A stretch of DNA of 64,000 bases from Dendrobates tinctorius (lineage: Eukaryota): positions 16,306,001 to 16,370,000 of the forward strand of contig NW_027361779.1 in assembly GCF_039654945.1 (NCBI RefSeq), given 5' to 3'. Position 1 is the first letter of the stretch; the number at the start of each line of letters is the position of its first letter. Both the position numbers and the translations under genes were made by a program. Below are positions 1 to 12,809 of this stretch, in pieces. A model generated the notes under the pieces. That model did no database searches, was not told the origin of the DNA, and saw only the letters and a list, made by a program, of their open reading frames with translations.

Positions 1-997
1 TTGTATTTTTTCATAATCAGTTACGTTTTGAGGTGTATTTACATTCTATAATTTATCGATTTTTAATAATTACCAATAAAGATATTTTTTGTAGTGTATA
101 ATCAGTGATTATACAGTATATGCTATAATATACACTTTCCATTTATTTGGTGGGCAGGCTGAGGCAGCATCGGTGGTCAGGCTGAGACGACCCTTAGATT
201 CTTCTTGACTGGGTGGTTGGCGCGGTGGCAACACCGGTTATGTGAGTAAGTAACAAGTCCATGTATTTGTTTATTCACCATTTCAGTATGTGATTGTACT
301 TACCGTATATATACATTGCTATTGGGAAGTCGAAGGGGGAGGGGGAAGGAATGATTGTATAATGATTGTATAATGATTCCTTCCCCCTCCCCCTTCGACT
401 CCCCAATAGCAATGTATATATAAGCTACTGGATGATCCTGACCTGCTGGAAAACCAAATGGCCAATGATAACATAAGGCAGCAGTGCTCAGGATAATCCA
501 GTAGCTTAGAAGTGAAAGGGCGGAGGGATTTTGGAAGGTTTGCATGGTGGAGGAGGAGCTAGGGTGGAAGCGGAACTGGGGGTGGAGCCTGGGTGGAGTC
601 TCAAGGGGGCCCCATAAATTTTGCCAGTATGGGGCCCCGAAATTCCTAGTGGCAGCCCTGGGTGCTGGCATCGTCCATGGATCTCACTGCAGGAGCTCGG
701 CCGTTAGCTGTGACGAGCTCCTGCGGTGACCGTTTGGAAAGTGCTGATATTTCATGTCCTGATCAGTAAGTTTGATTTACTGATCAATCACAGCCCTCTG
801 AGTGCGGTGACCGATGGCATGGGTCACTGCACAACTTCCTGTGCTGCTCAGCTGTCGGTGACAGCTGTCGGCACGGAACGGTCACAGTGTGTTTACAAGC
901 AGTGACTGTTTTAAAGCAAGACTGACATAGCACGTCACGATGTGGGAACTGACACCCTGCTCACGATGTGCTATGTTCGTGATTACTTGTGAAGGGG
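1..997. mobile_element. piggyBac-like element, right end, with inserts
   Basis: Ends gtgaagggg-TTAA; subterminal sequence resembles 12000-12270. Confidence 0.6.
306..422. repeat. Short near-perfect palindrome (mini-MITE, TA-flanked)
   Basis: ~50-bp inverted arms tatatatacattgctattggg..aaggaat / attcctt..caatagcaatgtatatata. Confidence 0.8.
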
Positions 998-1676
998 TTA
1001 AGTAGAAATAAAAAATGTAGACCAGATAAGAACATACTTTATTCTAAGGAACTCATTATAAAATGGAGGCTGATTATTTTCCTAACACAGTATTTAATTT
1101 ATTAAGTATATGTATTATAAACCGCATTAAACTATTAAACTGACTGTTTCTTCTATAACATTGATCTGAATGGTTTGGTGTTCTCCACTAAATCAACCAG
1201 TGCAACAAAGCTTGGACATTCTTATTAGCTGTCTGTTATGTTAAATGTTTCCCTTGTAGAGGTCAAATTGCAACTTTCCCAAGACACAAAGCTGAGAAGT
1301 GAAGTTTTGGGACAAAGAGCAGATGCCTGGTAAAAATGTAAAAATCTATCGGAGCAACAATCTACAATAACAGGAAAATCCATTTAAAATGAATAATTAG
1401 ATTAGGTTACTTTATTATTGTTATAAATGGACATTATTGTAGCTACTAAATGAAAGCATGTTGAGAGAAAAACTAGACCTTGTAGGCAGTACTGGTAAAG
1501 TGGTGGTTGTCGAAAAGAATGTAGATCAATTTGCAGGGACAAAGTGCTCGAATCTCCATCTCCCCCAATCCAAGTGCAAAGCAGGTCATGAACAGAAAAA
1601 CCACCTGCTTTAAAGGGAACCTATCAGTAGAATCAGACCTCCAAAGCCGTCTATATGGGCATGCAAATCATGGTAA

Positions 1677-1874
1677 GGCCGGGATCACACATGCGAGAAA
1701 CACGTCCGAATCTTGCATGTTAATACCCGGTACTGCTGCTGCCGGCACTCGGATCGGAGAGTGTGGCTCCATGTATTGCTATGCGGCAGCACGCTCCGCT
1801 CCCGAGTGCCGGCGGCAGTGCCGGGTATTAACATGGGAGACTCGGCCGTGTTTCTCGCATGTGTGATCCCGGCC
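1677..1874. mobile_element. PIF/Harbinger-like MITE, nested in a T2-like MITE starting at 1614
   Basis: TAA TSD, TIR GGCCGGGATCACACATG, fully palindromic. Confidence 0.88.
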
Positions 1875-2504
1875 TAAGCGGAATAATATGATACCCTGAT
1901 ATCTGCGATCTTAAAAAAAAAATCTCCTCTTAAGGAGAGCTACTTTCAAGTTTATGCTCACATGTATTATTCACACTCGGGTTTTATGATTCAGAATATG
2001 GGTTTTGGCTTCAGTTTTGCTATTATTTTTTACATTTTACATATATTGCCATTGATCTCTATATAACTTAGCCTGTTTTGGTACAGTGATCAAAGCCATT
2101 AGGCTATTGCCTATTAGAGAGCAGTAGTCTTTTTAGACAACGCCCTGTTGTGGGAATGCTCTTGACAACATATGTAGTATTTTTGCCTTTTAATTTTGAT
2201 AAAGAAAAAAATGGCGACAATGAGTAACCTAGAAACTGAAACCAAGCAAATGTAAACTTGGTCTTTCCTTATTGCATTTGTTTTCTTGAAGGAAAGAACA
2301 ACTTGTTGTGCACTGATACCAACATTTGGCACAGAATAGTAATGTGTTAAACACAGAAGTGTTACTATATAAAGACAGTGCTGCATTTGGATATCTTTTT
2401 TAGGCGTGCTTGATGATGAGCACAAACAGATAACTGAGCGCCAGCGATTTCTGTGGGCAATATTGTGTGCTTCTGGACTGAGAAAAAGCCGGCACAGGCT
2501 TCAT

Positions 2505-2752
2505 ATTTATTTATCTTAATCAATTATATAGCACTATCATACTCCGCAGCGCTTTATAGACATCAATGGGACTCAGAAGCTAGATTCCCTATCAGTGTGT
2601 ATGTGTAGAGTGAAATAAAACCAAAGAGCCCGGAGGAAACCCACGCTACACAGGGAGAATGTACAGACTCCTTACAGATAGTTTCCTTGGTAGGATTTGA
2701 ACCCAGGACCCCAGGGCTGCAAATTAACAGTGCTAACCACTGAGCCACCCTG
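2505..2752 (-). mobile_element. tRNA-derived V-SINE-like element
   Basis: A box GTGGCTCAGTGG, B box GGTTCAAATCC, V-domain-like core, L2-like tail. Confidence 0.8.
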
Positions 2753-2787
2753 GTGCTCATTACAACTGCTTCACATTATTATTGTTA

Positions 2788-2997
2788 GGCCGGGGTCACA
2801 CTTGTGAGTATGATGCAAGAAACACGCAAATCTCTCACATCAATACCCGGCTGCCGGAACTTGGAACGGAGAGTGCGGCTGCTTAGAAATACATGCAGCC
2901 GCACACTCCAGTCCCGAGTGCCGGCGGCAGTGCCGGGTATTGATGTGAGAGACTCGCGCGAGTTTCTTGCATCAAACTCGCAAGTGTGACCCCAGCC
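2788..2997. mobile_element. PIF/Harbinger-like MITE
   Basis: TIR GGCCGGGGTCACACTTG, flanks tta/ata. Confidence 0.85.
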
Positions 2998-3809
2998 ATA
3001 CTATCATCATTATTATGTTCGCTCCAAGATTGGGGATAGTGCTTTGTGTATACTCTCAGTTGTGCTCTAGATTGTTGAGTTTTAGTTTAAAAAAAATAAA
3101 AATAAATTGGTATATCAGGTCACCAAATAATTGTTATTAATGACTTGAAAGAGAAAAGATTCCACAGTTTTCTAGGCTTATGTGAATGTCACTTTTTTGT
3201 TCATTTTTGCTGGCCAGACACATAAACCATAAATGGAGTATGCCAGCTCAAAATGACTATTCAAACCAAGCACAGGTGCTCTGTGCACACTCCCACCTGC
3301 TTGTTTTGCATCTAGTTTTGCCCTGCTCTTCGTTAATTGACTTTTCTGGCTTTGCGGGATCCGCAGAAGGATGTTGATGACACATAAAAGCTACGGTACG
3401 GTCCTGCTTATTTGAACGATGTATGACCCAATCTGGTTCCTTTTTGATCATTCTGATGAAGGCATTTTTCACTTTATTTTTTATCTTCCAGAAAGAAATA
3501 TTTGAAACCACTCAATTTATGCATCTTGGCATATTTGTTATTTTTATTTCTTTATTTTTAGAAGCCTCATTTATTTTTTGTCTATCTAGTATCATTATTA
3601 TTATTATTATTATTAAGATTATTATTTGCTATTTGTGCACCATGTTCTTCAAAATGGTGAGCATGGTTCATGAATTTTGCAAAGTAAAAAAATTATCTTT
3701 ATTTTGGTCTTTATTTATCCCTTTTTCACAAAATGGCGCAAATATTGTTCAAAATGTTCTATTGTACATAAAATCACCCGAGGGGGAATTAGAGTGCATT
3801 TGTGAGAAA

Positions 3810-4638
3810 AGTTGTGACTTTTCTGGATGATCCAGAGGAGGCATGGGAGAAGGTCATGTGGTCAGATGAGACCAAAATAGAACTTTTTGGTGTCAACTCC
3901 CCTTGACGTGTTTGGAGGAAGAAGAAGGATGAATGCAACACCAAGAACACCGTCCAAACCATGAAGCATGGTGGGGGAAACATCATACTTTGGAATGCTA
4001 AGGGGACAGAACAACTGCACCCTTTTGAAGGGAGGATGGATGGGGTCATGTATGCCGAGATTTTGGCCAACAACCTCCTTCCATCAGTAAGAGCATTGAA
4101 GATGGGTCATGGCTGTGTCTTCCAGCATGACAATGACCCAAAACACTTAGCCAGGGCAATTAAGGAGTGGCTCCATATGAAGCATTTCAAGGTCCTGGAG
4201 TGGCCTAACCAGTCTCCAGAACTTAACCCAAGAGAAAATCTTTCTAGGGAGCTGAAACTCCATGTTGCCCAGCGACTGACCCGTAATCTGAAAAATAAAG
4301 TGAAGATCTGTATGGAGGAGTGTGCCAAAATCCCTGCTGCAGTTTGTGCAAACTTGGGCAAAAACTACAGAGAACATCTGACCTCTATAATTGCAAACCA
4401 AGGTTTCTGTACCAAATATTAAATTCTGTTTTTCTATTGTATCAAATACTGATTTCATGCAATACAGTGCAAAATTATTGTGTAAAAATCATACAATGTG
4501 ATTTTCTGGATTTTTTTTAAGATTCTGTTTCTCACAGTTGAAGTGTACCTACCGTAAGTTAAAAATTATACTTCTCCATACTTTGTAAGTGGGAAAACTT
4601 GCAAATTCGGTAGAGTCAAATACTTATTTTCTCCACTG
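3810..4638 (+). mobile_element. Tc1 transposon, 3' half (same family as 12810-14326)
   Basis: [26 protein letters not shown]. Right TIR ends cactg-TA. Confidence 0.9.
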
Positions 4639-4846
4639 TAAATCATATCACCTAGTACTCTCATATCCATTCACCACACAAATACATTTTGTATACGAAG
4701 CTGGTAAGCCTGTATCCATTGCTATCATGGGACTGATATGAAAGAGAAACTGTACATTTTGTAATGTAAAGGAAAGATATTGCTGTAATGATGCTGTACT
4801 ATAGATTACATTGATGCTATGAAGAAATCCGCTTTGTGGTTCTTAA

Positions 4847-5400
4847 GTCTGTGATTCCCCGGCCCCTCCACCTATCTCCAATTTGTAATTCCTCAGGTGC
4901 CTCCACCTGCCTCTGGTCTGTGATTCCGCAGATGCCCTTCGCCTGCCTCCGGTCTGTAATTCCCCAAGCCCCTTCGCCTGTCTCCGGTCTGTGATTCCCC
5001 AGGTCCTTCCACCTGCCTCCAGTCTGTGACTCCTTGGCCTCTCCACCTGCCTCCAGTCTGATTCCCCAGGCCCCTCTGCCTGCCTCCGGTCTGTGATTCC
5101 CCAGACCCCTCTGCCTGCCTCTGGTCTGTGATTCCAAAGATCCCACCACCTGCTTCCGGTCTGTGATTCCCCAGGCCCCTCCGCCTGCCTCCGGTCTGTG
5201 ATTCCCCAGACCCCTCTGCCTGCCTCTGGTCTGTGATACCAAAGATCCCTCCACCTGCTTCCGGTCTGTGATTCCCCAGACCTCTCTGCCTGCCTCTGGT
5301 CTGTGATTCCAAAGATCCCTCCACCTGCTTCCGGTCTGTGATTTCCCCATGCCCCTCCGCCTGCCTCCGGTCTGTGATTCCTCAGGCCCCTCTGCCTGCC
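4847..5400. repeat. ~38-bp minisatellite (cctgcctccggtctgtgattcccca...), about 14 units
   Basis: Directly visible. Explains the repetitive ORFs at 4817-5449. Confidence 0.92.
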
Positions 5401-7349
5401 TCTTTGAATAACAAGTCGCTGCTTCCTCTATTTGAAATCTCTTCTTCAAACAAAGGATGCAGGTGGAGGTGTTGGGGAGTCACAGAGAGGGAGGAGAAGC
5501 CCCCAGTCCAGCCCCTGTGCACCGAAATCTAAATAGCAGAAAACTTCAAATGGTGATTAATGAAAAACAGAGTGGATTTCTTCACCTAAGGCATCATTGT
5601 AATCAGTATTAAAGCGCCATTACAGTTATTACTTTACTTTACATTGCAAAATTGTGCTGACTGGTTCTCTTTAAGTACCACTACAGTATCAATGATCTCA
5701 CTGTGTTGAACAATGTAATGGTATAATAGTTATACTAGCACTATCTACTTTGTAGTTAACTGAATTATATTTGGCATATTAAGGTTTAGCTATAGAAAGT
5801 TATATTATTCACCTTATTTCCCAATGCGCACTACATATAGCACCAACATGGGCTGTATAGCATTTACACACACACACTTCATCAGCAACCAGTTACAGTG
5901 GTTATCCGAGACTTGGTTTTTTTTTTCTAAGGGACTAAACACTTATCGGCACATAGTTGCTAACTTGCGAACTACCTGCTTGTTCTGCATTTCAGCATTG
6001 CTGACAGCTCCTGGCAGCGATTCTCCTAACTTCTGTGAAGTCATGTCGACAGAGCAGTTTCCTCTTGCACTTTCTTGTATTCTGTCAATGGGGTATCACT
6101 GCCAATGTCATGTTGGTTGACAGCCAACTCAGCCTAATTCAGTGGGGAGCCAGCTGTCAATCAACATAATATTGGCAGTGACGCCCCATCAACAGAGAAG
6201 ATCATAAGAGAAAGTACTGCTCTATGTATCAACATGATGTCACAGAAAGCAGGAGAATCATTGGCAGGAGTGGTTCATGACTGCTCTGACCTTGGGGAAA
6301 TCGGCACATGGCAGAACAGGTAGCAACTACCATATTGATAGGGTAAAGGACTTTTAGTAACCTATCAGTATGGTTTTGAAGTGTGTGAGGTGATAAGAAA
6401 ACGCCGCTCTGAAAATCCAGGACCCCAGGGATACATCAAATAAATAAACCTTGCTGTTTTTGCCTTTAAATAAGTACTCCACAAAACTTTATTGCCTAAA
6501 CCTGTATAAATGTACATGTAGTGCAGATGAAATGTTGTTATATACTCGCCGATTGCCATCTTCTCCTAATTTCCAGAACCACTCTTGTCCCCTTCAGGGT
6601 CAGGTGACAACTATTCTGACTTCCCGGATCACATTGGAGGCTATGTGTGAACTGCAAATCGTTTTAATGATATAACCCTATGGAGACTGGTTCTGGAGAT
6701 AAAATTTAGGTGGAAGTGCTTAATTTAGGTATAAAACGTAGAATAAGTCAACACACTACTCGAAGCACCATAATAATTATAGAGCCATTCTGGGGCATAT
6801 ACTGCATACAGAATATATAATAAGGAATTAATGGGTTAAGAAAGAAAATCTCTATCAGCTCAGTAAATGTAGAAAAGTAACTGTAAATCTGTAGATTCTC
6901 AGTATGGCGTAGACTAACGTCTTAGCAAAACATTATTGAAATTGCATGAAAAATATTTGAAAAATAAACAAGGAATGAATAGCTAAAAAACCCACAAACC
7001 TCAAAGGAATAGTCTATCCCCTTTCCATTTTCTCTCCCTCCTCCATCTCCGTCCTGTTTTCTAAAGTCTATTTTTGGAAAATCCATAAAAAATGTGCATG
7101 CTAAACTTCTATCTTGGTTTCCTGATATAAGAAAAATGAATCATCTCGAAGTTATGGAATAAGCAATCTGCAATTTTCTTGCAGACAAACAAAAAATCCT
7201 ACACTATTTGTGCACTGTGCTGTATGCAAGCTCGGATTAATTTCCTTGGTCCAAAGGGAGGCGAAACATAGCCTTCTGGTCAGTTGGGGCCAATATTTTG
7301 TCATGCTCAAAAGACTTGAATCAAAAAGTGAATTAGTCGTAAACCAGCT

Positions 7350-8750
7350 CAAAAACAAAAACTAATTCTAAAACTACAATTGCTTTATTGAAATATACTA
7401 AAACCATAGACATACATGAACACCACGCAAATTTGATTGCTGATCAAAGTTGTGACCCTAGTCACATACAAGAATAGGGTAGGGGAAATCACAGGCCAAT
7501 TTTACCCCTAGAAGGCCCTTTTCTTCCCCCTGCCTAACAGCGGAGGTTGGCACCCTCTTGAAGCGCAAATGGTGCCCCCGCTCCACGAAGGCTATCCCTA
7601 TTCACCCTATTAAGTGCTACTCTTCAGGGCAACAACATCAGGGTATAACAGTTAAAATGCACAAAGATATGGTCGCCAAACAGTCACAGTTTTTTACAGA
7701 TTCTTCCAACAGTCCTAGATCATCAAAGACCAATAAATACTAAAAGGCCCAGGGTGAGGGGTATACAACCAGTAACCGATAAGCAGATTTACTTACATTT
7801 ATGGGAAACTGAACTTGGAATTTTGCCTAAATTCCCTATTTACATCATTCCCTGCCTACCAGCGGAGCTTTTTCACCCTACTTTAAATTGGTGCCCCCGC
7901 ACCACGTCGACTATCCCTCACTGACCCTGTATATCCAAAACGATACCAATTAGATCACAGGGACAAGGAGACCAAATGCTAATGGACTGTTTGACAAATC
8001 AAATTCATATCATAATACCTGAAAAAGGGTCACAACAAAAATAGGGCTAGAAATGTCTCAATTCAAGAAGACATTCCTTTTTGTGCATAGGGGTTATTAA
8101 TCTTAATGGCACCAATAATAAGTACACATAGGGGTTGATAGTTGTAGAGGCACCAAAAATAAGAATAAATTCACCACCACTCCCCTATAATCTTAAAGGC
8201 ACCAATAATGAGTACACATAGGAGTTATTAGTTGTAGAGGCACCAAAAAGCACCAAAAATAAATTCACCATCACTCCCCTATAACCATACACACACTCAA
8301 TTGATGCTATTATTACCACACACGCTCATATTGCACACTGCCCAAAAACTACAGATCAGTCAATATATTCATCAGATACACTTAGCTTATTGCTGATTTC
8401 TATTTCATCTCGCCCCGCCTCGACACATTTCTCTCCCATCCAAGGAGTTCCTCAGGAGGCATATAGTAGTTTTAATGCTCATGCTGAGCATACGATATGG
8501 CACCTGGTTGCAATATTTTGTCATGTGAATGAAAAGACATTTCTCACTTACCTAACAGGAGACGTCATGCCACCCATCTGTTATACAGGCAGGCACAATG
8601 CGCCCAACACAAAGCCAGTCATGGCAGAAAAATATGGGCATGACGGGTCCAATTTTATCAATGGCACATAAACCCTGCCTAAAACATATTAGTTGCAAAA
8701 TTAAGCTGTGTCTTAACTTTATTCCATATATCTGCATTTCATTTGTTTTT
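7350..8750 (-). mobile_element. Penelope-like / retrozyme-like non-coding element
   Basis: Minimal hammerhead at 8417-8460, duplicated structured motif (7528-7600, 7850-7920), 90-bp tandem duplication at 8101-8284, minus-strand AATAAA near 7384. Boundaries approximate. Confidence 0.55.
8417..8460 (-). ncRNA. Minimal type I hammerhead ribozyme (CpG-decayed)
   Basis: Minus strand GCCTC CTGAGGA ACTCC TTGGATG GGAG A GAAA TGTG TC GAGGC: stem I, CUGANGA, stem II, GAAA, UC cleavage site. Confidence 0.75.
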
Positions 8751-9176
8751 TTCATTTGGGGGAGGGAAAAACTTTAAAAAAATGTAAAGATACTATCATG
8801 CAAACAGTAGTAAAGAATTTTGTTGTACTATTGTCCTGTTTGCATAGACAATGTATTTATAGAGATTTTCTGGTTTCGAAAAAACCCTTTACCAAGTAAA
8901 CAGTTTGCTTAAAACACAAAAAGACTAAATTGTTTTACTCATCTTCCTTAGGTCCAGCACTGATTCTTTATCGTTGCTCCCAGCATCTGTTAAGCGCTGC
9001 CGTCCTGATGTCATGTCGACAGACTGTAGCCAATCAGTTAGGTTGTGCCGTTAACTTGGGCAGAGCTGTTGGACTCAGGAGTAACAGTGAAGACTTTGTG
9101 CTAGACAAGGGTAGGTGAAAAAAAACAAACTGTAGCCAGAGTTAAGGAGTTTTCTGAAACCAGAAAACCACTTTCA

Positions 9177-9816
9177 ATGGAATCTGTGAGTAGGATCAAC
9201 CCTCCTAAGCCATCTACATGGGCATGCAGGTCGTAGGAAGCTGATTAAAATGATAACTTGATGTCTGCATTCCCATGTTTTAGAACAGAGAAATCCACTT
9301 TTTTCTTATACGTAAATGAGCTGCTCCAGGCGATTGACCGGACACAGTGAAACGAGGCGTTACCAGTGTGATATGTAATGGCTACTCTCTGCTCTTCTGA
9401 CCTCACTGCAGAGCTGTGTGTGGTTATACCCAACACATCTGCAGGTTCCTCTCAGTGGCCTCAGCTTCCATCTCACAGATAGACAGGGTTGCAATAATGT
9501 TACAACAGAGCAGAGCTGTGAGAGCTGAAGCTTCAAACATGTTTGCTATGAGACTAACTTCAGTTCTGCTGTATTGTTACATGTCTCAAACTGGTAAAGC
9601 CTACTTTTATTTAAAAGAAGCTCTGGAGGCAGATTCTCATGCAGATCAGTTTCCACCCATAGTCCTGAACAGCTCATTTACATATAAGAAAACATGGATT
9701 TCTCTGGAATTAGACATTGTATTGGAGATACCAAGGTATCATTTTATTCAGCTTCAAATGACCTACTTGCCTATATAGATGGCTTAGGAGGGTTGATCAT
9801 ATTAACAGATTCCCTT
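9177..9816. mobile_element. Kolobok/T2-like MITE
   Basis: Inverted ends ggaatctgt..gatcaaccctcctaagccatcta, TTAA on the right. Confidence 0.75.
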
Positions 9817-9820
9817 TTAA

Positions 9821-12270
9821 CCCCTTAACGACCAAGCCATTTTGGAGGTTAAAGACCAGGCCTTAATTTTGAAATCGGACCACTGTCACTTTATATGGTT
9901 ATAACTCTGGAACGCTTCAACGTATCCCGCTGATTCTGAGAATGTTTTTTCATGATATATTGTACTTCATGTTAGTGGTAAAATTTCTTCGATATGACTT
10001 GCGCTTATTTATGAAAAAAATGGAAATATGGCAAAAAAATTTAAAATTTTGCAATTTTCAAACTTTTAATTTTTATGCCCTTAAATCAGGGAGATATGTC
10101 ACAAAAAATAGTTAATAAATAACATTTTTCACATGTCTACTTTACATCAGCACAATTTTGGATCCAAATTTTTTTTTTATCTTAGGAAGTTATAAGGGTT
10201 AGAAGTTGACCAGCGATTTCTCATTTTTCCAACAAAATTTACAAAACCATTTTTTTTAGGGACCACCTCACATTTGAAGTCAGTTTGGGGGGCCAATATA
10301 GCAGAAAATACCCAAAAGTGACACCATTCTAAAAACTGCACCCCTCAAGGTGTTCAAAACCACATTCAAGAAGTTTATTAACCGTTTAGGTACTTCAAAA
10401 GAATTGAAGCAATGTGGAAGGAAAAAATGAACATTTAACTTTTTTTCCCAAAATTTTTTATTTGGACATAATTTTTTTTATTTTGTCAAGGGTATCAGGA
10501 GAAAATGAACCACAATATTTGTTGTGCAATTTCTCCTGAGTACACCGATATCCCATGTGTGGAGGAAGTCCAATCTTTAGGCGCACGGCAGTGCTCAGAA
10601 GGGAAGGAGCATCATTTGAGATTTTGAATGTCAAATTGGCTGGAATCGAGAGCAGACGCCATGTCGCGTTTGGAGAGCCCCTGATGTACCTAAACAGTGG
10701 AAACCCCCCACGAGTGACCCCATTTTGGAAACTAGACTCCCCAAGGAACTTATCTAAATGTGTGTTGAGCACTTTGAAATCCGCAAGGGCTTCACAGAAG
10801 GTTATAACATAGAGCCGTAAAATTAAAAAATCATATTTTTTCCACAAAAATGATCTTCAATGAGCTATAATTTTTCCATATTTCGGCCAACAGAGTCATG
10901 TGCAGGCTTGATTTTTGCGGGAAGAGCTGACGTTTTTATTGGTACCATTTTCAGGCACATAACGTTTTTTGATCGCTTTCTATTCTTATTTTTCTGTTCA
11001 TATTTTGAATGAGCAAAAACCAGCAATTTAGGAATGCTTTTTTTTTCCCCCTCCGTTCCGCATGTGGTAAAATTAGTATGGCAGCTTTATTCTTCGGGTC
11101 ACTACGGTCACAGCAATACCTCATTTATATCTTTTTTTATGTTTTGGTGTTTTTTACACAATAAAAACTTTTATAGAAAAAATATTTTTGCATCACTTTA
11201 TTCTGCGAGCTATAACTTTTTTTATTTTTTTACTGATGATGCTGTATTGTGGCTCGTTTTTTGCGGGACAAGATGACGTTTTCAGCGGTACCATGTTTAT
11301 TTATATTCGGCTTTTTGATCGCGTGTTATTGCACTTTTTCCTAGCGGTATAATGATACTGCTTGGAAAAAGTATAGTTTGCTACTTTTTTGTGTTTTTTT
11401 TTTACAGCATTCACTGAACGGGTTAACTAGGATGACACTTTTATGGATGGAATTTTTACGTACATGGCGATACCAAACATGTGTATTTTTTTGTTTATTT
11501 TATTTTTTTTACTTAAAAATGTGTAATTTTTAGGGGATTTTTTAGGGAATTTTTATATTATTTTTTTAAAACATTTTTTTACTTTTTTTAATGTTTTTTT
11601 TTTACCTTGTCCCTTTATGGGACTTTCACTTTCGCTTTCACTTTAGGTATAATACATTACAATGCTCCAGCATTGTAATGCATTATACCAATGCTAAGAG
11701 CTGCTGACACCATGCTGTGAGCATCATCTCACCAGCTCTCCATAGGTAAATGACCCGGAGGTTGTCATGACACCTCCGGGTCATCATGGCACAGGTCGGG
11801 CCCCGCGATTACATCGCCGGGACGCCGACCTGAGGCAGAGGGAGCCCCCTATCCTCTGCCTCCCCCTCTGAACGCTGCGATCACGCTCGATCGCAGCAGT
11901 GAGGTGGTTAACAGAGGCGGTGGGGGCTCCGCTCCTAGCTGTCAGTGCAGGAGGCTCAGCCACTGCAGCGCTGGGCTCCTACACTGATCAGGCAAGAAGC
12001 TCAAATTTCAGCTTCTCCTGCTGATCAATGCTGTGTTTGGTCTGTCAGATTGACCAACCAATCACAGCGCTGTGGGTGCAGGGACCAAGTGCAAGGGTCC
12101 CTGCCCCCCTTCCTGTGCCTCTCAGCTGTCATAGGCAGCTGTCGGCACTGAACTGAAACTACGTGTTTACACGCAGTGACAGTTCAAAGACAGGACGTGC
12201 AGAGTCCGTCATCGTGCTGAAAGTTACCTCCTGCCATGACGGACTGTGCACGTCCATAGACATTAAGGGG
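9821..12270. mobile_element. piggyBac-like non-autonomous DNA transposon
   Basis: TTAA-CCCCTTAA ... TTAAGGGG-TTAA termini. No transposase ORF. Internal sequence related to 62000-64000. Confidence 0.85.
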
Positions 12271-12809
12271 TTAAGAGTGACATATTTAAAAGAGGTTGGG
12301 TACTTAGATTTAGACAGTCTTGGTTCTGCTGGCAGAAGCAGTGAGCATGTCTTAAAAATTTATAGACATTGAACTTCAGCCCTGTTACTAGTTGTCAGAG
12401 ACCAAGTCTTATAGTATTGAACATCCAGAATAGTGTCAATTTGGGGTTTTTGTTCTAGGACCAGCATACATCTGATTAAGGCAGTGACATGAGCAACAGT
12501 GTTGGGAGTTCACAATTTGTGCAGTGCATATGTTCAAGCATAAATACATTTCAGGGTTTTATTTGTAATTCAACTAAAGGCACCACAAGTGGGCTTACAA
12601 GATGTCCATTACACTAGTAAACAATGGCCACTAGTTTTAAAAGACTGAATATGTCACTGACCACCAAAGATTAGGAAGAAAACTGAGGCATTTACAGAAT
12701 GTGTCAGCTGCTACCTCTGCAACCCCATAGCATTAACCTGGTGCTAAAAGCAACTGGAATTTGTTTTTCATCATGTCTCGACTAACGTTTCAAAATAAAA
12801 ACACATACA

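Noticed and set aside
1260-1329. Plus-strand AG...GT bounded open segment (also 3318-3393)
   Set aside because: No recognisable protein and no consistent exon chain.
4817-5449. Repetitive 210-aa ORF or CRISPR-like periodicity
   Set aside because: A minisatellite without unique spacers, in eukaryotic context.
7590-7632. Possible second hammerhead (CTGAAGA ... GAAT, minus strand)
   Set aside because: The GAAA core is broken, stem II is poor, and it is absent from the second copy of the motif.
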